Shown here: positions 47,825 to 58,400 of the stretch, one piece after another
Layout: every line of letters begins with the position of its first letter
How positions within the stretch are numbered: position 1 is the stretch's first letter
DNA from: Thermoplasmatota archaeon
Lineage (GTDB): Archaea > Thermoplasmatota > E2 > JACPAO01 > JAHFTW01
Direction of reading: 5' to 3'
Length of the DNA: 64,000 nt
Assembly (NCBI GenBank): GCA_041601615.1
Contig: JBFIHX010000006.1
Location: forward strand, 32,001-96,000
Notes under the pieces: generated by a model
What the model was told of the DNA's origin: nothing
Databases searched by the model: none
What the model saw: only the letters and a program-made list of their open reading frames with translations
Translations under genes and position numbers: made by a program

Positions 47825-48607
47825 ATGAACAAGAAAACTATGGCCACCGCGCTGGCCCTGTGTATGCTCGCAATGTCGTTTGCACCTAGCGGATCAGCTG
47901 ATGCATGCGATGAATCGGGTGCAGACTGCTACAAGAAAACCGCAACTGGCCCCGGTGGCATCAGCGACAAAGAACTATTCGCAGCTGGAGTAGGATTCTG
48001 TCTGGCCGCTGGCCTCCCACTGCCTTGTGTCGGAGGGGGCGGTGGCGGTGTCTTTTACGACATTTCCAGCTACAATACCAACCCATCCTCTCCCAGTGAG
48101 GGCCTTTTGACTAGAGTCTGGGCCGAGTGGATTGGTGGCGGTGTGAATCTCGGTGAGCCTTTCGAAGGTTTCGAAATGACCGTTTGCAGCGACCGAGACG
48201 ATAATCTTGTGTGCTCACCTAATGTCGACTCCCCCGATGATTACGTAACTACATACGCACACGACCCAGAAGATGGAAATGGAAAATTCTGTGATGACAC
48301 CAAAGGCAAGTACCATGAGGGCGACTTCAAAGATGATGACAAGTGCGGCAATGGATTGGTAGACGGCGAGGTCAGGATGTGTGTCAATAAGGATCTGCCA
48401 GACCCGCTGGACGAGAGTATGGCAAGGGAATGGGATGATTTGGTCGTATTTATTGGTGCATACACCAGTGTATCCCAAATTCAGGACCTGAACTTCGGAT
48501 TGTCCAGTGGCCAGTTCGATATTTATCTCGAGGTCTTGGGTTTCTCCGACCCTTGCGCCCAAGTGCCAGCCCGCATCAATGGCCTTGATGGCGCCCCGCC
48601 GGCCTAG
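47825..48607 (+). CDS. Secreted Cys-patterned acidic protein, paralog 3
   Basis: Same RBS (CGCAGGAG) and motifs as paralogs 1 and 2. Confidence 0.85.
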   Translation: MNKKTMATALALCMLAMSFAPSGSADACDESGADCYKKTATGPGGISDKELFAAGVGFCLAAGLPLPCVGGGGGGVFYDISSYNTNPSSPSEGLLTRVWAEWIGGGVNLGEPFEGFEMTVCSDRDDNLVCSPNVDSPDDYVTTYAHDPEDGNGKFCDDTKGKYHEGDFKDDDKCGNGLVDGEVRMCVNKDLPDPLDESMAREWDDLVVFIGAYTSVSQIQDLNFGLSSGQFDIYLEVLGFSDPCAQVPARINGLDGAPPA

Positions 48608-48642
48608 AAAAATCAAAACGTGCTCCACCCCCTTTTTCCCCT

Positions 48643-48690
48643 TGGCCATGTTCCTACCCGGGACATGTCGTGGTGATGCGCGTTATAATC
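48643..48690 (+). promoter_or_regulatory. Conserved upstream element, copy 2
   Basis: tggccatgttcctacccgggacatgtcgtggtgatgcgcgttataatc, ending in TTATAA, about 100 bp before ATG 48792. Confidence 0.7.
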
Positions 48691-48791
48691 AACGAGGTTC
48701 TTGTTGTGGTTGCGCGAGTTCAACGCGCAATCCGATGACGCCTGGACTGGCTAAGCTGAATCCAGTGCGTATGTTCGGGATGGTGTTCCCC

Positions 48792-51700
48792 ATGCATAAA
48801 AGACCAAGAACGCTCCTCGTAAGCCTGCTCATGATCGCCGTCGCGTTGGCTCCAGCCACCTCGGGAGGATTCACGACGAATCCTGTGGTGGCCGACGTCG
48901 ACGTCAACAACTTCGAATCGGAACTCCTGAAGGCCCTTGGTGTCCAAGGTTCCTTTGGTTTGCCCGATGGATTCTTTGACGCCCTATTGGGCCGAGAGGT
49001 AATCTCCCCGCACCAAGCCGTCCAGGACTCCTTGGACAAACTCGCTACGATGCAGGCCGCCGTTGGCCCCGCTGCCACCTTCGCAGCGGCCACCAAGGTC
49101 GCCGGTCTCGACATCGAGCCCCGCGTCCCCACGGCCCAGCCCCTGTACCCTGGCCTCGTGGAACTCTACGCCCGCAACGGCGTCGTTCTTGGCGCCGCCG
49201 ACCTCGCCGACATGGCCGAATCCGTCCGCGCCCTTGACGCCGACACCACCGAAGGCCTAGCCCTTCTCGTCACCGCCATGAACCGCGCAGATGCAGCCCG
49301 CATCACCGGCGTTGAAGTCAACATGGCCCAAGCCATGGCCGACCTCATCGCCGCTGCCGAAGCTGCCGAAGTCCACTTCTCGCTGAGTGCCGCAAGCGCC
49401 TGCAACATCTTTGCCGGCCCCATGGACCTCGTGACCGTGGACGGCGACTGTGACAACACCTATGACACCCACCGCTTCCTCAGCGTGGACACCGGCGGCA
49501 ACGACCGCTACAACAACAACGCCGGCGGCGCCAATGGCGTCGGTTCCTCGGTGCTTGGAGCTGTCAGCCCCACCGTCGACCGCTCCCCACTCACCGACGG
49601 TGTCGACGGCGCAGAAGCCAACGCTACGGACCCCAACGGGCCCAACGCTGAAGGCGCTGCAGAATCCCTCGTCAACGGCGTGTCCGGCTGCTGTGCAGTC
49701 AACCCCGGCTTGAACCCCGCCTACCTGGAAACCTTCCGCGTCGCGGTCGCCATCGACATGGGCGGCGACGACACCTACCACTCGGAGAAGCGGTACGTCC
49801 AAGGTTCCGCGGTACAGGCCATGGGTCTGCTGCTGGACTTCTCCGGTACTGATTCCTACACCGCTGGCGGCTACAGCCAAGGCTACGCCAACACTGGCTA
49901 CGGTGTTCTGATCGATGTTGCTGGCAACGACGACTACACCTCCGGCGACCGCTCCCAGGGTGGAGAAAGCGGTGGCTTCCTGTTTGACCTCGGCGGCGAC
50001 GACACGTACGTTGCTGGCGACGCCAGCCAGGGCGGCCGCATTGTCGCAGTCCCCACGGGCACCAGCATCAGCATGCTGTTTGACGCCACGGGCAACGACA
50101 GCTACAACGCGACCGGCAACAGCCAAGGTGTCGGAAACATCCTCATCGACGGTACCGGCGATGACGACTACTTCGTCGTTGGTTCGTCTGACTTTGACCA
50201 GAACGCTGGATTTGGCCAAGGCTCCGGCCTTCTCACCTCCATCGGCCTTCTGATTGATGGTGCAGGCAACGACGACTACTACGCAGACATCTACGCTGCC
50301 CAAGGTGTTGCCTGGGGCATTGGAACCAGTTCCCTGGTCGATGTCTCCGGTGACGACACCTACTGGACCAGCGGTATTGGTCAGGCCGTGTGCTCGGGAG
50401 CCCCCGAAACGAACGGTATCCTGTTCGATGGCGCCGGCAACGACCACTACACCGCACTTCGCGGTGGCCAAGGTCTCGCCTCCAGTGCCTCCTGCACCTC
50501 TTTCCTGATCGACCGCAGCGGCAACGACCACTACGTCGCCGCCTCTGGTTCCCAGGGATCGACCTTCGCAACCCAGATTACTGAGATCAACGGCGGCCTG
50601 CTCGGCGTCCTCGCAGACGGTGGCGGCAACGACATCTACGAAGCTGGATCGTTCAGCCAAGGAGCCGGCGGAAACGGCGGCATTGGCCTCCTGCTTGATG
50701 CAGACGGACAAGACCAATACACGGCTGGCGACAGCAGTCAAGGCTCTGGCGGTTACGAAATCAACGTCGTTGACACTGTGGAGGATGAATTCCTTGCCGC
50801 GATCTTCGTCAATCCCGAAGTGGAGAATGTGGCCGGCATCGCCAACCTCGACGATGAGGCACTCGCTCTGCTGCCCCTTGTAGAAGAAACGTCGATCCGC
50901 GACGGTGTCGGTGTCCTCATCGATGGCCTGCAGGACTTCGTTCGCTCGACCGATGTGATCACGACCGACTCCAGTGGAGTCCACGTGGATCTGTTCGTCG
51001 CCACCCCCGGCGACAACGGCAACGGCGACCGCTACACGGCCGGCGACCACAGCCAGGGCGCCTCCGGTGCCAGCGGCGCAATCGGCATCCTCATCGACAA
51101 CGATGACGAAAGCGAATCGGGTGGCGGCCCCCACAAGGGTGTCTACACCTCGGGCGCTTACAGCCAAGGCAGCGCCAGCAACGGCGGCTTCGGCATGCTT
51201 TTCGACCGTGAAGGCAATGACCGCCATGTGTCCGGCATCTTCAGCCAAGGCGCTTCACCGGACTCCGGTGTCGGTGTACTCATCGACCTTGCCGGTAACG
51301 ACGAAATGTACGCGACCCCCGTCTCCCAGAGCCGCGGCTACGCGATTTCGACGGACCTGTACGTGCCCGCTGTCGGCCTGAACCTCAACATCGGTGGAAA
51401 AGACATGTACACCGGATGGAACGGCCACTCCCACGACGACCTTTGTGAACTCAAGGGAACCGGCGGACTGACCATCGATCTTGCAAGCGGCTCCATCCCG
51501 ACCACTTGCATCGGAGCTTCGGCTTCCGCTGCTGAGGCCACCGCCTTTGGAGTTGGTGGAAACACCGGTACTGCCGCCGGCACCGCCCTCGATGCCTTGA
51601 TCATCGCTCTTGGCGACACAGCGGTTGAAACCGTCGACTTTGCAATCACGACCATCGAGGAAACCATCATCGCCGTGCTGCAGCTCATCGAAGACGCCCC

Positions 51701-52310
51701 CGGCATCCTGATGCAGACCATCGAGGACACCCTCGAGACCGTCGACGCCTTTGTGAATCTGGCACCGGCGCCAGCGTTCGTATGCCCTGCAGGAGCAGTC
51801 TTCTGCGACGACTTCGAAGGAACATTCGCTTGGACCATCGCCAACGGAGCTACATTCAGCAACACCTGGCGCCTCGTGAACCAAGCAGACACGCCCCAAC
51901 CGTTCGGCCCCAACGCCTTCAGTGAGGAGCAGTACCTGTACATCGGCGCTCGCGACCTGCCCCCGGGCATCACCTACACCGGCACCAACGGCGACGGCAT
52001 TCTGGTCAACTTCTTGATCAGCACCGTCACTTCCCCGGTGATTACGCTGCCCGTTGGAACGGCCACCCTGGATGCCCGCATCGCAGGAAGCTCCGAGGCC
52101 GATTTCGATGAACTGGTCGTGAAGATCATCCCCGCCACGGGCACCACGATTGAGGAACGAATCTCGGGCGTCCAAGGCTACAGCCCTGTGACCAGCATCA
52201 ACCTCTCGAGCCTGGCAGGCCAGGATGTACAGATTCAGTTCTCGTTCATCACGGATGACGTTGTGCAAGACGGCCAGGGCTGGAACATCGACGACGTGGT
52301 GGTGTACTAA
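48792..52310 (+). CDS. Large secreted Gly/Asp-repeat protein (GxLxDxxGxDxY...SQG) with C-terminal beta-sandwich domain
   Basis: Signal MHKRPRTLLVSLLMIAVALAPATSG. More than a dozen L(I/L/F)DxxG(N/D)DxY units. C-terminal FCDDFEG...LSSLAGQDVQIQF...GWNIDDV resembles immune-inhibitor-A/MAM-like sandwiches. Confidence 0.8.
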   Translation: MHKRPRTLLVSLLMIAVALAPATSGGFTTNPVVADVDVNNFESELLKALGVQGSFGLPDGFFDALLGREVISPHQAVQDSLDKLATMQAAVGPAATFAAATKVAGLDIEPRVPTAQPLYPGLVELYARNGVVLGAADLADMAESVRALDADTTEGLALLVTAMNRADAARITGVEVNMAQAMADLIAAAEAAEVHFSLSAASACNIFAGPMDLVTVDGDCDNTYDTHRFLSVDTGGNDRYNNNAGGANGVGSSVLGAVSPTVDRSPLTDGVDGAEANATDPNGPNAEGAAESLVNGVSGCCAVNPGLNPAYLETFRVAVAIDMGGDDTYHSEKRYVQGSAVQAMGLLLDFSGTDSYTAGGYSQGYANTGYGVLIDVAGNDDYTSGDRSQGGESGGFLFDLGGDDTYVAGDASQGGRIVAVPTGTSISMLFDATGNDSYNATGNSQGVGNILIDGTGDDDYFVVGSSDFDQNAGFGQGSGLLTSIGLLIDGAGNDDYYADIYAAQGVAWGIGTSSLVDVSGDDTYWTSGIGQAVCSGAPETNGILFDGAGNDHYTALRGGQGLASSASCTSFLIDRSGNDHYVAASGSQGSTFATQITEINGGLLGVLADGGGNDIYEAGSFSQGAGGNGGIGLLLDADGQDQYTAGDSSQGSGGYEINVVDTVEDEFLAAIFVNPEVENVAGIANLDDEALALLPLVEETSIRDGVGVLIDGLQDFVRSTDVITTDSSGVHVDLFVATPGDNGNGDRYTAGDHSQGASGASGAIGILIDNDDESESGGGPHKGVYTSGAYSQGSASNGGFGMLFDREGNDRHVSGIFSQGASPDSGVGVLIDLAGNDEMYATPVSQSRGYAISTDLYVPAVGLNLNIGGKDMYTGWNGHSHDDLCELKGTGGLTIDLASGSIPTTCIGASASAAEATAFGVGGNTGTAAGTALDALIIALGDTAVETVDFAITTIEETIIAVLQLIEDAPGILMQTIEDTLETVDAFVNLAPAPAFVCPAGAVFCDDFEGTFAWTIANGATFSNTWRLVNQADTPQPFGPNAFSEEQYLYIGARDLPPGITYTGTNGDGILVNFLISTVTSPVITLPVGTATLDARIAGSSEADFDELVVKIIPATGTTIEERISGVQGYSPVTSINLSSLAGQDVQIQFSFITDDVVQDGQGWNIDDVVVY

Positions 52311-52313
52311 GCA

Positions 52314-53768
52314 ATGAGCAAAGCTCCCCTTCTCCTCTTCATTCTCCTTTTGGTTTCTACGACTGCCCAGGCGGAGCCGTGGATTATTGAGGATGACACG
52401 ACATGCACAGGCGGCGAACTCGTCTTTAATGACTCCATCATCATCAAGGCGGGGGCACGATTGACCCTAGAAGATTGCAATTTGAAAATGGATACGCCCG
52501 AGTACGAGAACGGATGGCTCAATTCCGGAATCGAGGGCTTACTGATCACCGTCGAGAAGGGAGGCGTTCTGGAAGTTCGCTCGCTTACTCGCAATGCCTC
52601 CATCGAGCCGTTGGATGCTCGCTATGGATACACTATGAAAGTCGCCGGCTCCCTGATTCTGGAGGGAACCGAAGAACACCACGCCGAAATTCACGGCCTG
52701 GAAGGCTACATGGCAGAAGCATTCCTCGGGGGAGGAATCTCCGTAGTGGATGGCGGCCGAGCCACGGCGAACAACGTCACATTCTACAAGCTCTATGGCC
52801 CTGCCTTGTTCGGCAGCAATGGCTCCGTGATGGAAGTCCGCAACGCCCAAGTGGTTCGAGCTTCAGGAGGTTTTGCCGCCATCGAAGGGTCTACGCTGCG
52901 CCTTCACAATGTCTCTGCAGACATGGGATTCGAAGCAGTTCGAGTATCCAAATCCACGCTCGAGGTCACCGATTCGGAGCTGCTTGCGGGTCGCGTCGGG
53001 ATTCACGCCACACGTAGCAATGTTACGGTTCTGGATTCTCGCGTGGCGTCGGCAAAAACGGCAATCCTACTATCGGACTCCTCCGCGGAGGTTCAAAACT
53101 CACTGCTTCAGTTCGGCGCCATTGGCCTCATGCACGAGCATAAGGTCAGCCGGCCAGCAGTGTCCAAGGTTCTGGTGGAAAATTCTCGTATCGAGGCGTT
53201 CCCGAATCGCCCGCAGACGGTTGGAATCGCCATTCAGGACGCGGATTTTGAGCTTCGTTCGAGTGTACTTCGCAACTACACGGCCGCAGGACTAAGCGTG
53301 CTCAATGGCCGTGCGAATCTGGATTCCAATCTCTTTGAAGGCAATGCGTTGGTGCACGCCCAGATCCACAATGCCCGCGCGATTCAGGGCGGCAACAACC
53401 TCGCCACCGGCCTTGCAAACGACACGTTCGTCTACACCAAAGGCATCCAGGTAGATGTCCGGGATTCCTCTGGGCCACTCAAGGGAGCCTTCGTGAATTT
53501 CTTGGATATGTACGGAATCACGGATGAGAATGGAACGGCAGAATTCCTCTGGAGCATTTCCACCGATGAATCTGGCCAACCCGACCTAAGTCCCTTCACC
53601 ATGCAGATTCAATCCTTGGATCGATCGCGAACCGTGGAAGTGACCTTCGAGACTGCATCGAATGTGTATGTGAATTTTGATGCGGACAGCGGACGTAATT
53701 CACCCGGCATCGGCATGCTGGTAGCGTTCGTGCTCGTGTTTGCAGTGGCGCTTCGACGGACTCGTTAG
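52314..53768 (+). CDS. Right-handed beta-helix (pectin-lyase-like fold) surface protein with PG-TM-RR tail
   Basis: Signal peptide, repeated short beta-strands (V.NS..; GI...), C-terminus SPGIGMLVAFVLVFAVALRRTR. Confidence 0.75.
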   Translation: MSKAPLLLFILLLVSTTAQAEPWIIEDDTTCTGGELVFNDSIIIKAGARLTLEDCNLKMDTPEYENGWLNSGIEGLLITVEKGGVLEVRSLTRNASIEPLDARYGYTMKVAGSLILEGTEEHHAEIHGLEGYMAEAFLGGGISVVDGGRATANNVTFYKLYGPALFGSNGSVMEVRNAQVVRASGGFAAIEGSTLRLHNVSADMGFEAVRVSKSTLEVTDSELLAGRVGIHATRSNVTVLDSRVASAKTAILLSDSSAEVQNSLLQFGAIGLMHEHKVSRPAVSKVLVENSRIEAFPNRPQTVGIAIQDADFELRSSVLRNYTAAGLSVLNGRANLDSNLFEGNALVHAQIHNARAIQGGNNLATGLANDTFVYTKGIQVDVRDSSGPLKGAFVNFLDMYGITDENGTAEFLWSISTDESGQPDLSPFTMQIQSLDRSRTVEVTFETASNVYVNFDADSGRNSPGIGMLVAFVLVFAVALRRTR

Positions 53769-54447
53769 GCTACGGCTAGACGAAAGAGCAGAAACCGTCG
53801 CCGGAGACAGACCTGGCCGGTTTTCAACCACAAAGCACAGGCCCGTGCGCGCCGGAGTCTAAGGCTTAGCCATTGCCGCCGCTGAGGGAGCATCGATTCC
53901 ACCCGGAAGTTTACCCAACCCATACCCAACAAGCGGGTGATGCGATGGTCGGCCACCACAGTGCTACGTCAGGCTGTTGTTTCCAGTCGCGTATCCTTGA
54001 TGGTCCGTGGTAATTGGATGACTACAGGCCACGATTGGGGCTGATTGGAGCTGGGAGAGTGCAATGTTCGGACGCGAAGTCGGGCTAGATTTCCAACTCG
54101 CCAGGCTATGCGCTCGCCTCAATGCCGAGGATGGCATTCGCACAGGGTCACCATGCGCCACCACCGGGGGCCCAAAGGATAGTGAATCAAGCACTTGAGC
54201 CAAGCTGTCTAGGTGCGAATGAATGGAGACCCTGTGCTTCTGGAGGCGGAAGGCAGCAGGCGGCAACCCGCTTACCCAAAGGCGGCGAACAATCGGCAGG
54301 CCGATGCACAGCACCCCACAAGCTTGCTCGACGGGTCCCCATCAGGACAGGGTGCCACAAGCCTCTAACGCTACACGCAAAGAGCAGCTTGAGTGGTATG
54401 CAAGAGGGAGAGGGCGGAGGCGGACAAACGAGAATAGAGACAATCCG

Positions 54448-55461
54448 CTATTCGAGCTGAACCAGCACAGCCATGTCGTTGTTGGTGTAGGATTCCTCGC
54501 CGTAGAAGCGCTCAGGATTGACCTCGGCTTCGAGGTAGTATGCGCCCGGCTCTAGGTCGGTGACATCGACCCATTGGCCGTCGAGCCACAGTCCGTATTC
54601 ATCTGCCCAGGTCACCGTGATGCCCTGGTTGCTGGAGCAGCTTCGGTAGTTGCGTGGGCCTGCGGTGTAGTACCATCCACGGATGTCGATGACGCAGAAA
54701 CCTTGCTTGTGCCCAGCGCGGAAGTGGTCCTTGAGTTCGGGGAAATCTTCGAGAATTTCTCCGGCCAGCAGGTGCGGATACGCTAGGCGAATGGCCTTCC
54801 ATACGGCGTAACCTTCCGCATCCCAGAGGCGGTAATCGGCATATTCTCTAAAGTGCCAGTGTTCATGGCAGTCGCCCCATTGGAACCACTCTGGGTGGTC
54901 GTCGGGGTCGCCGATGATAAGATCACCACTACCCACGTTGGGCGTTCGGAACGAGAAGCGAAGCAGTTGCCGTTCGCCGGCGACCGTGGAGTTTTCTCGC
55001 ACCGCACAACTGTCTTCACTGAATGTGCGAACATCCATTTGCGGGGAAGTGAGCATGGTGTACGCATCCACATGCAGGTCGGGGCAACCGCGGGGATCCG
55101 AACAGGGCACTTTGGGTTCGGGATAGTCGTTGCTGGATCGAGATACGGATTCGTCCCACTTGAGAAGCACATGCGCCTTCGGACCGCCGCCACCCAGTGA
55201 GAACTTGACGTGTTCATTGCCCTCCAAGTGAAGGAGCGTTCCAGAGGGAATCGGAGGAAGCGCCGTCAGTACCGGATGCATTCCGAAGGCGGCAGGATCT
55301 AAGTCCCAACAGTCGCGTGCGACCTTGTCACACATTGCGTGCAAATCGGTTTCATCCTGAACCTGGACTTTCACGGGCGGTTGGGCCAGCACGGCCAAAT
55401 TGCCTGTCAGCAGAAGTAGGATGGCGAGAATCGACAGTGCGCCTACGGAACCGATACGCAT
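54448..55461 (-). CDS. Secreted lysyl oxidase (LOX) family protein
   Basis: RQLLRFS, NVGSGD, WGDCHEHWH (Cu), GHKQGFC (LTQ Lys), QGI...WADEY (LTQ Tyr), GQWVDVT, VNP...EESYTNN. Sec signal peptide. Confidence 0.9.
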   Translation of the reverse strand: MRIGSVGALSILAILLLLTGNLAVLAQPPVKVQVQDETDLHAMCDKVARDCWDLDPAAFGMHPVLTALPPIPSGTLLHLEGNEHVKFSLGGGGPKAHVLLKWDESVSRSSNDYPEPKVPCSDPRGCPDLHVDAYTMLTSPQMDVRTFSEDSCAVRENSTVAGERQLLRFSFRTPNVGSGDLIIGDPDDHPEWFQWGDCHEHWHFREYADYRLWDAEGYAVWKAIRLAYPHLLAGEILEDFPELKDHFRAGHKQGFCVIDIRGWYYTAGPRNYRSCSSNQGITVTWADEYGLWLDGQWVDVTDLEPGAYYLEAEVNPERFYGEESYTNNDMAVLVQLE

Positions 55462-55486
55462 GGGGCGTGATTGGAGGTTCCTTACT

Positions 55487-58400
55487 TCACCTCGGTGACC
55501 GTTTTCTTACCCATGTTACGGTGGCTAGAACGGCGATCAATGCGAGAAGATGCAGACCGGGCGCTGCGGCGTTGAGGGAGCTGACCGCCACGATGTTATC
55601 TCCTTCGTTGGATTCGATGACTTGATCGAGAGGGTCAAGAACGATGTTCAGACCTTTATTTTTCCCTGAGTCCAGCAAAGACAACGTCGCTACATTACCT
55701 GGGGCAAGGAATCCAATCACAACTTCATCGACGACTTCTCCACTTGCTGTTTGCAATTGAATTTGTACGTCGTGGGCGCCGCGTTGACCGATATTTTCAA
55801 CGATTGCCACAACCAAAGTACCACCGGGAGCGGCCCGGGGGGCCGCTTCTTTCAGGCGCAGTTGGGGACGATCTACGTCCACGTCACGAACGATGGTGTG
55901 GACGACGGAGGGCGAACTGTCTTCAGGAACGAACACGATTTCCAACGAGTGTGTGGATTCGCCGTTCTTGGTTGTGGGCGGCACCAGCCATCCCGTGTGC
56001 AGGACTCCCGTTTGACCGGGTTCGAGGAATACGGCAGGAGATTGGCGCAATGCCCAACTGTCGGCTGCCCGGACTTCGAGGTGTCCTCGGCGGTTGCCCG
56101 TATTGGTCACATTCACATCCAACACGGCTGGCCGCGCCGGTTGCGCATCCCGAATTATGCCCCCTTCTACTTCGATCGCAGTGCTCTTGGGCACATCAAC
56201 GCGAAGCTTGGCAGGCGTAACGCTGCCATCCTCAGACACGAGGCCTAGAGTCAAGTTGAAAATGGAGGCAGGCGCACCGATGGGTCCAGAAAGGAGTGCC
56301 GTGAACGCTTTGGTTGCACCGCGGGGGATAACCACGGGCGCGATGTTGGCCACACGCCAATCCGCGGGAGCATCAAGGGTGCCTGGAGAAATCCGTTCAT
56401 CGAGGTTGCCCTTGTTGATGATGGTCATGTTGATGGCGATTGGTTTCCCGTCACTGCGCCCTTGTAGAATTGGATCGTACAACACCGTTAGTTGGTGCCG
56501 GGCCGCGGTGGTTGCTGTGAACGCAACTTCGAAACTGGAGCCGCCGTTGACTGCTCTTGCAAGTGCCCGAACGGTTCCGAGTGCTCCTTCGAGGCTGTCG
56601 AGCGCAACGGTTGTGTTGACGATGAAATCAAGTTCATCACCGGGGCCAATGGAGAGTTTGGAAACGGGAATCCGCTCCCCTGTCACCGAGTTGACCAGCA
56701 AGAACTTGGGGGCAGCCCATCCAGAGGGCATATCTGCGCGAGCCTCCAAGTTCAATTCGATGGGGCCAAGCCCTTCATTGACGACATGAATGGGGAACGC
56801 CGCTTCAGCTCCCGGCGCCACGAGTCTTGTTGTGTCGTCGTACTCGACGCGTAGGTCTGCTGGAGCCTGCACGCGAGTGATGCTTGTGATGCGATCAAAT
56901 GCAGCGGGTTGGCTGGCGCTGGTTGCAGTAAGAATAGCGACCAGTAGACCATCGGGAAGATCCGGCGGAGGCGAGACTACAAGATCAAGCGTAACGGAGG
57001 ATGCCGGATCCAGCACTACTTGGCCCACTTCTTTGCCGTCGCTTGGTTTGCGCAGCTCCACGCTCCAGCCTGGTTCGATACCAGATGGTTCCAGGTCGAT
57101 GGTATCGGAGACCGTGCCTGTGTTCTTGATGACGACCTTGTAGGTTTGACTGTCGCCGGCTCCGCTCGACCGCTCCTTGGTTTTCGGGCCACCGACTACG
57201 TCGAACCACGCACCCACATTGAAGCTCTGTTTGAGGTACGTGACCGTGCCCGTGGATACCGAGAGGGACGGGTTGTTTTCGCTGGTGGCGATGACAGGAA
57301 TCACGGCACTCGTGCGCGCAGGGGCGTCCTCGGGCGGAGTTACGGTGAGCCGCACGAGACTCGATGCGCCGGAGGATAGCGGGATGACCGACTGGTCCAA
57401 GACTGCCGTCCAACCCTCCAATAGAGGGCCAACGCGAAGGTTGGCCACGTCGTCGAGGCCAGACCCGTCCGCTGCTCGCCCCAAATTGGTCACCGCAAAG
57501 GAATACGTAACCGATTTTCCGGGCGTCGTAGAGGCAGTCTGGGGCTCCAGTCCCGTTGTGGATGCAATGTCCAGCAAAGCTCCTCGGAAATCCGCCACGC
57601 CGACCGATACCGAAACCTTGGCAGGAGTCCCCGAAAGGAAGCTTGGTCGATCTGCCAAACCATAGACGGAGATCGGCTTGCTGGATTGAATGGTCCATCC
57701 AGCCACAGCGTCGTTGTTGGCATTGTCGCGGATTTGATGGACTTGCCCCTCCGAGACGAATTCGGATTGAATCGTGGTTCCACTGGTCAAGCGGTGTACT
57801 TGGAGATCCACTTTCGTATCTGGATAGAGGCCGATGACGGACGCCGGGCCGATGCCGGAGAAAGTTAGCGCATCCTGGCCGCCGAGTGCGCCGCTGACCT
57901 GCGCTCGACTGGTTCGCAAGAAGCCAGCCAGGACGGTTGTGGGGTCGTCGGCATTGACGTAGATGGGGCGATCCAATTTGTTGTTGCTTTGCGTGAACGG
58001 TCCAGCATAAGCTGGAGCCACGGGAACCGCCTTTCCTGGCGTCGGGTCGGACGCGGTCGGAGGAGGATCGAATTGCGCGGGGGTATCCTCGGGACTGCTT
58101 GCGCGGACCGCCGTCGCAGAATCGGAGAGCGCCCACCAAGACCGGGCTTCTTGGAAGGCTCGACATCCGCCCTCAGGCCTGGACCACCGTTCCACCATAG
58201 TAAATGCGAAATCGGTCCCTTCCGGACCACCACTTAGGTCGGGAATCTGTTGCACGGGCATGCTGCCTCCAAGTTGCACCATGATGTCATTGGGAGTCGA
58301 CGAAATGGTGTACATCATCCCTGGTTCGAGTGCCGCGTTTCCACTACTGGGCCGACAGGCCGGAGTAGCGCCATTGACCCATGCACCCACGGTGTAGGGG

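Noticed and set aside
49257-51248. 663-aa minus-strand ORF, and similar long ORFs at 23223..24845, 33005..34699, 30996..32324 and 25976..27253
   Set aside because: These are antisense shadows of well-supported genes in a GC-rich, codon-biased genome and carry no recognisable motifs.
53770-54447. About 680-bp gap between convergent genes as a hidden gene or ncRNA
   Set aside because: The ORFs there are short with atypical composition, and I could not identify a convincing structure or repeat.
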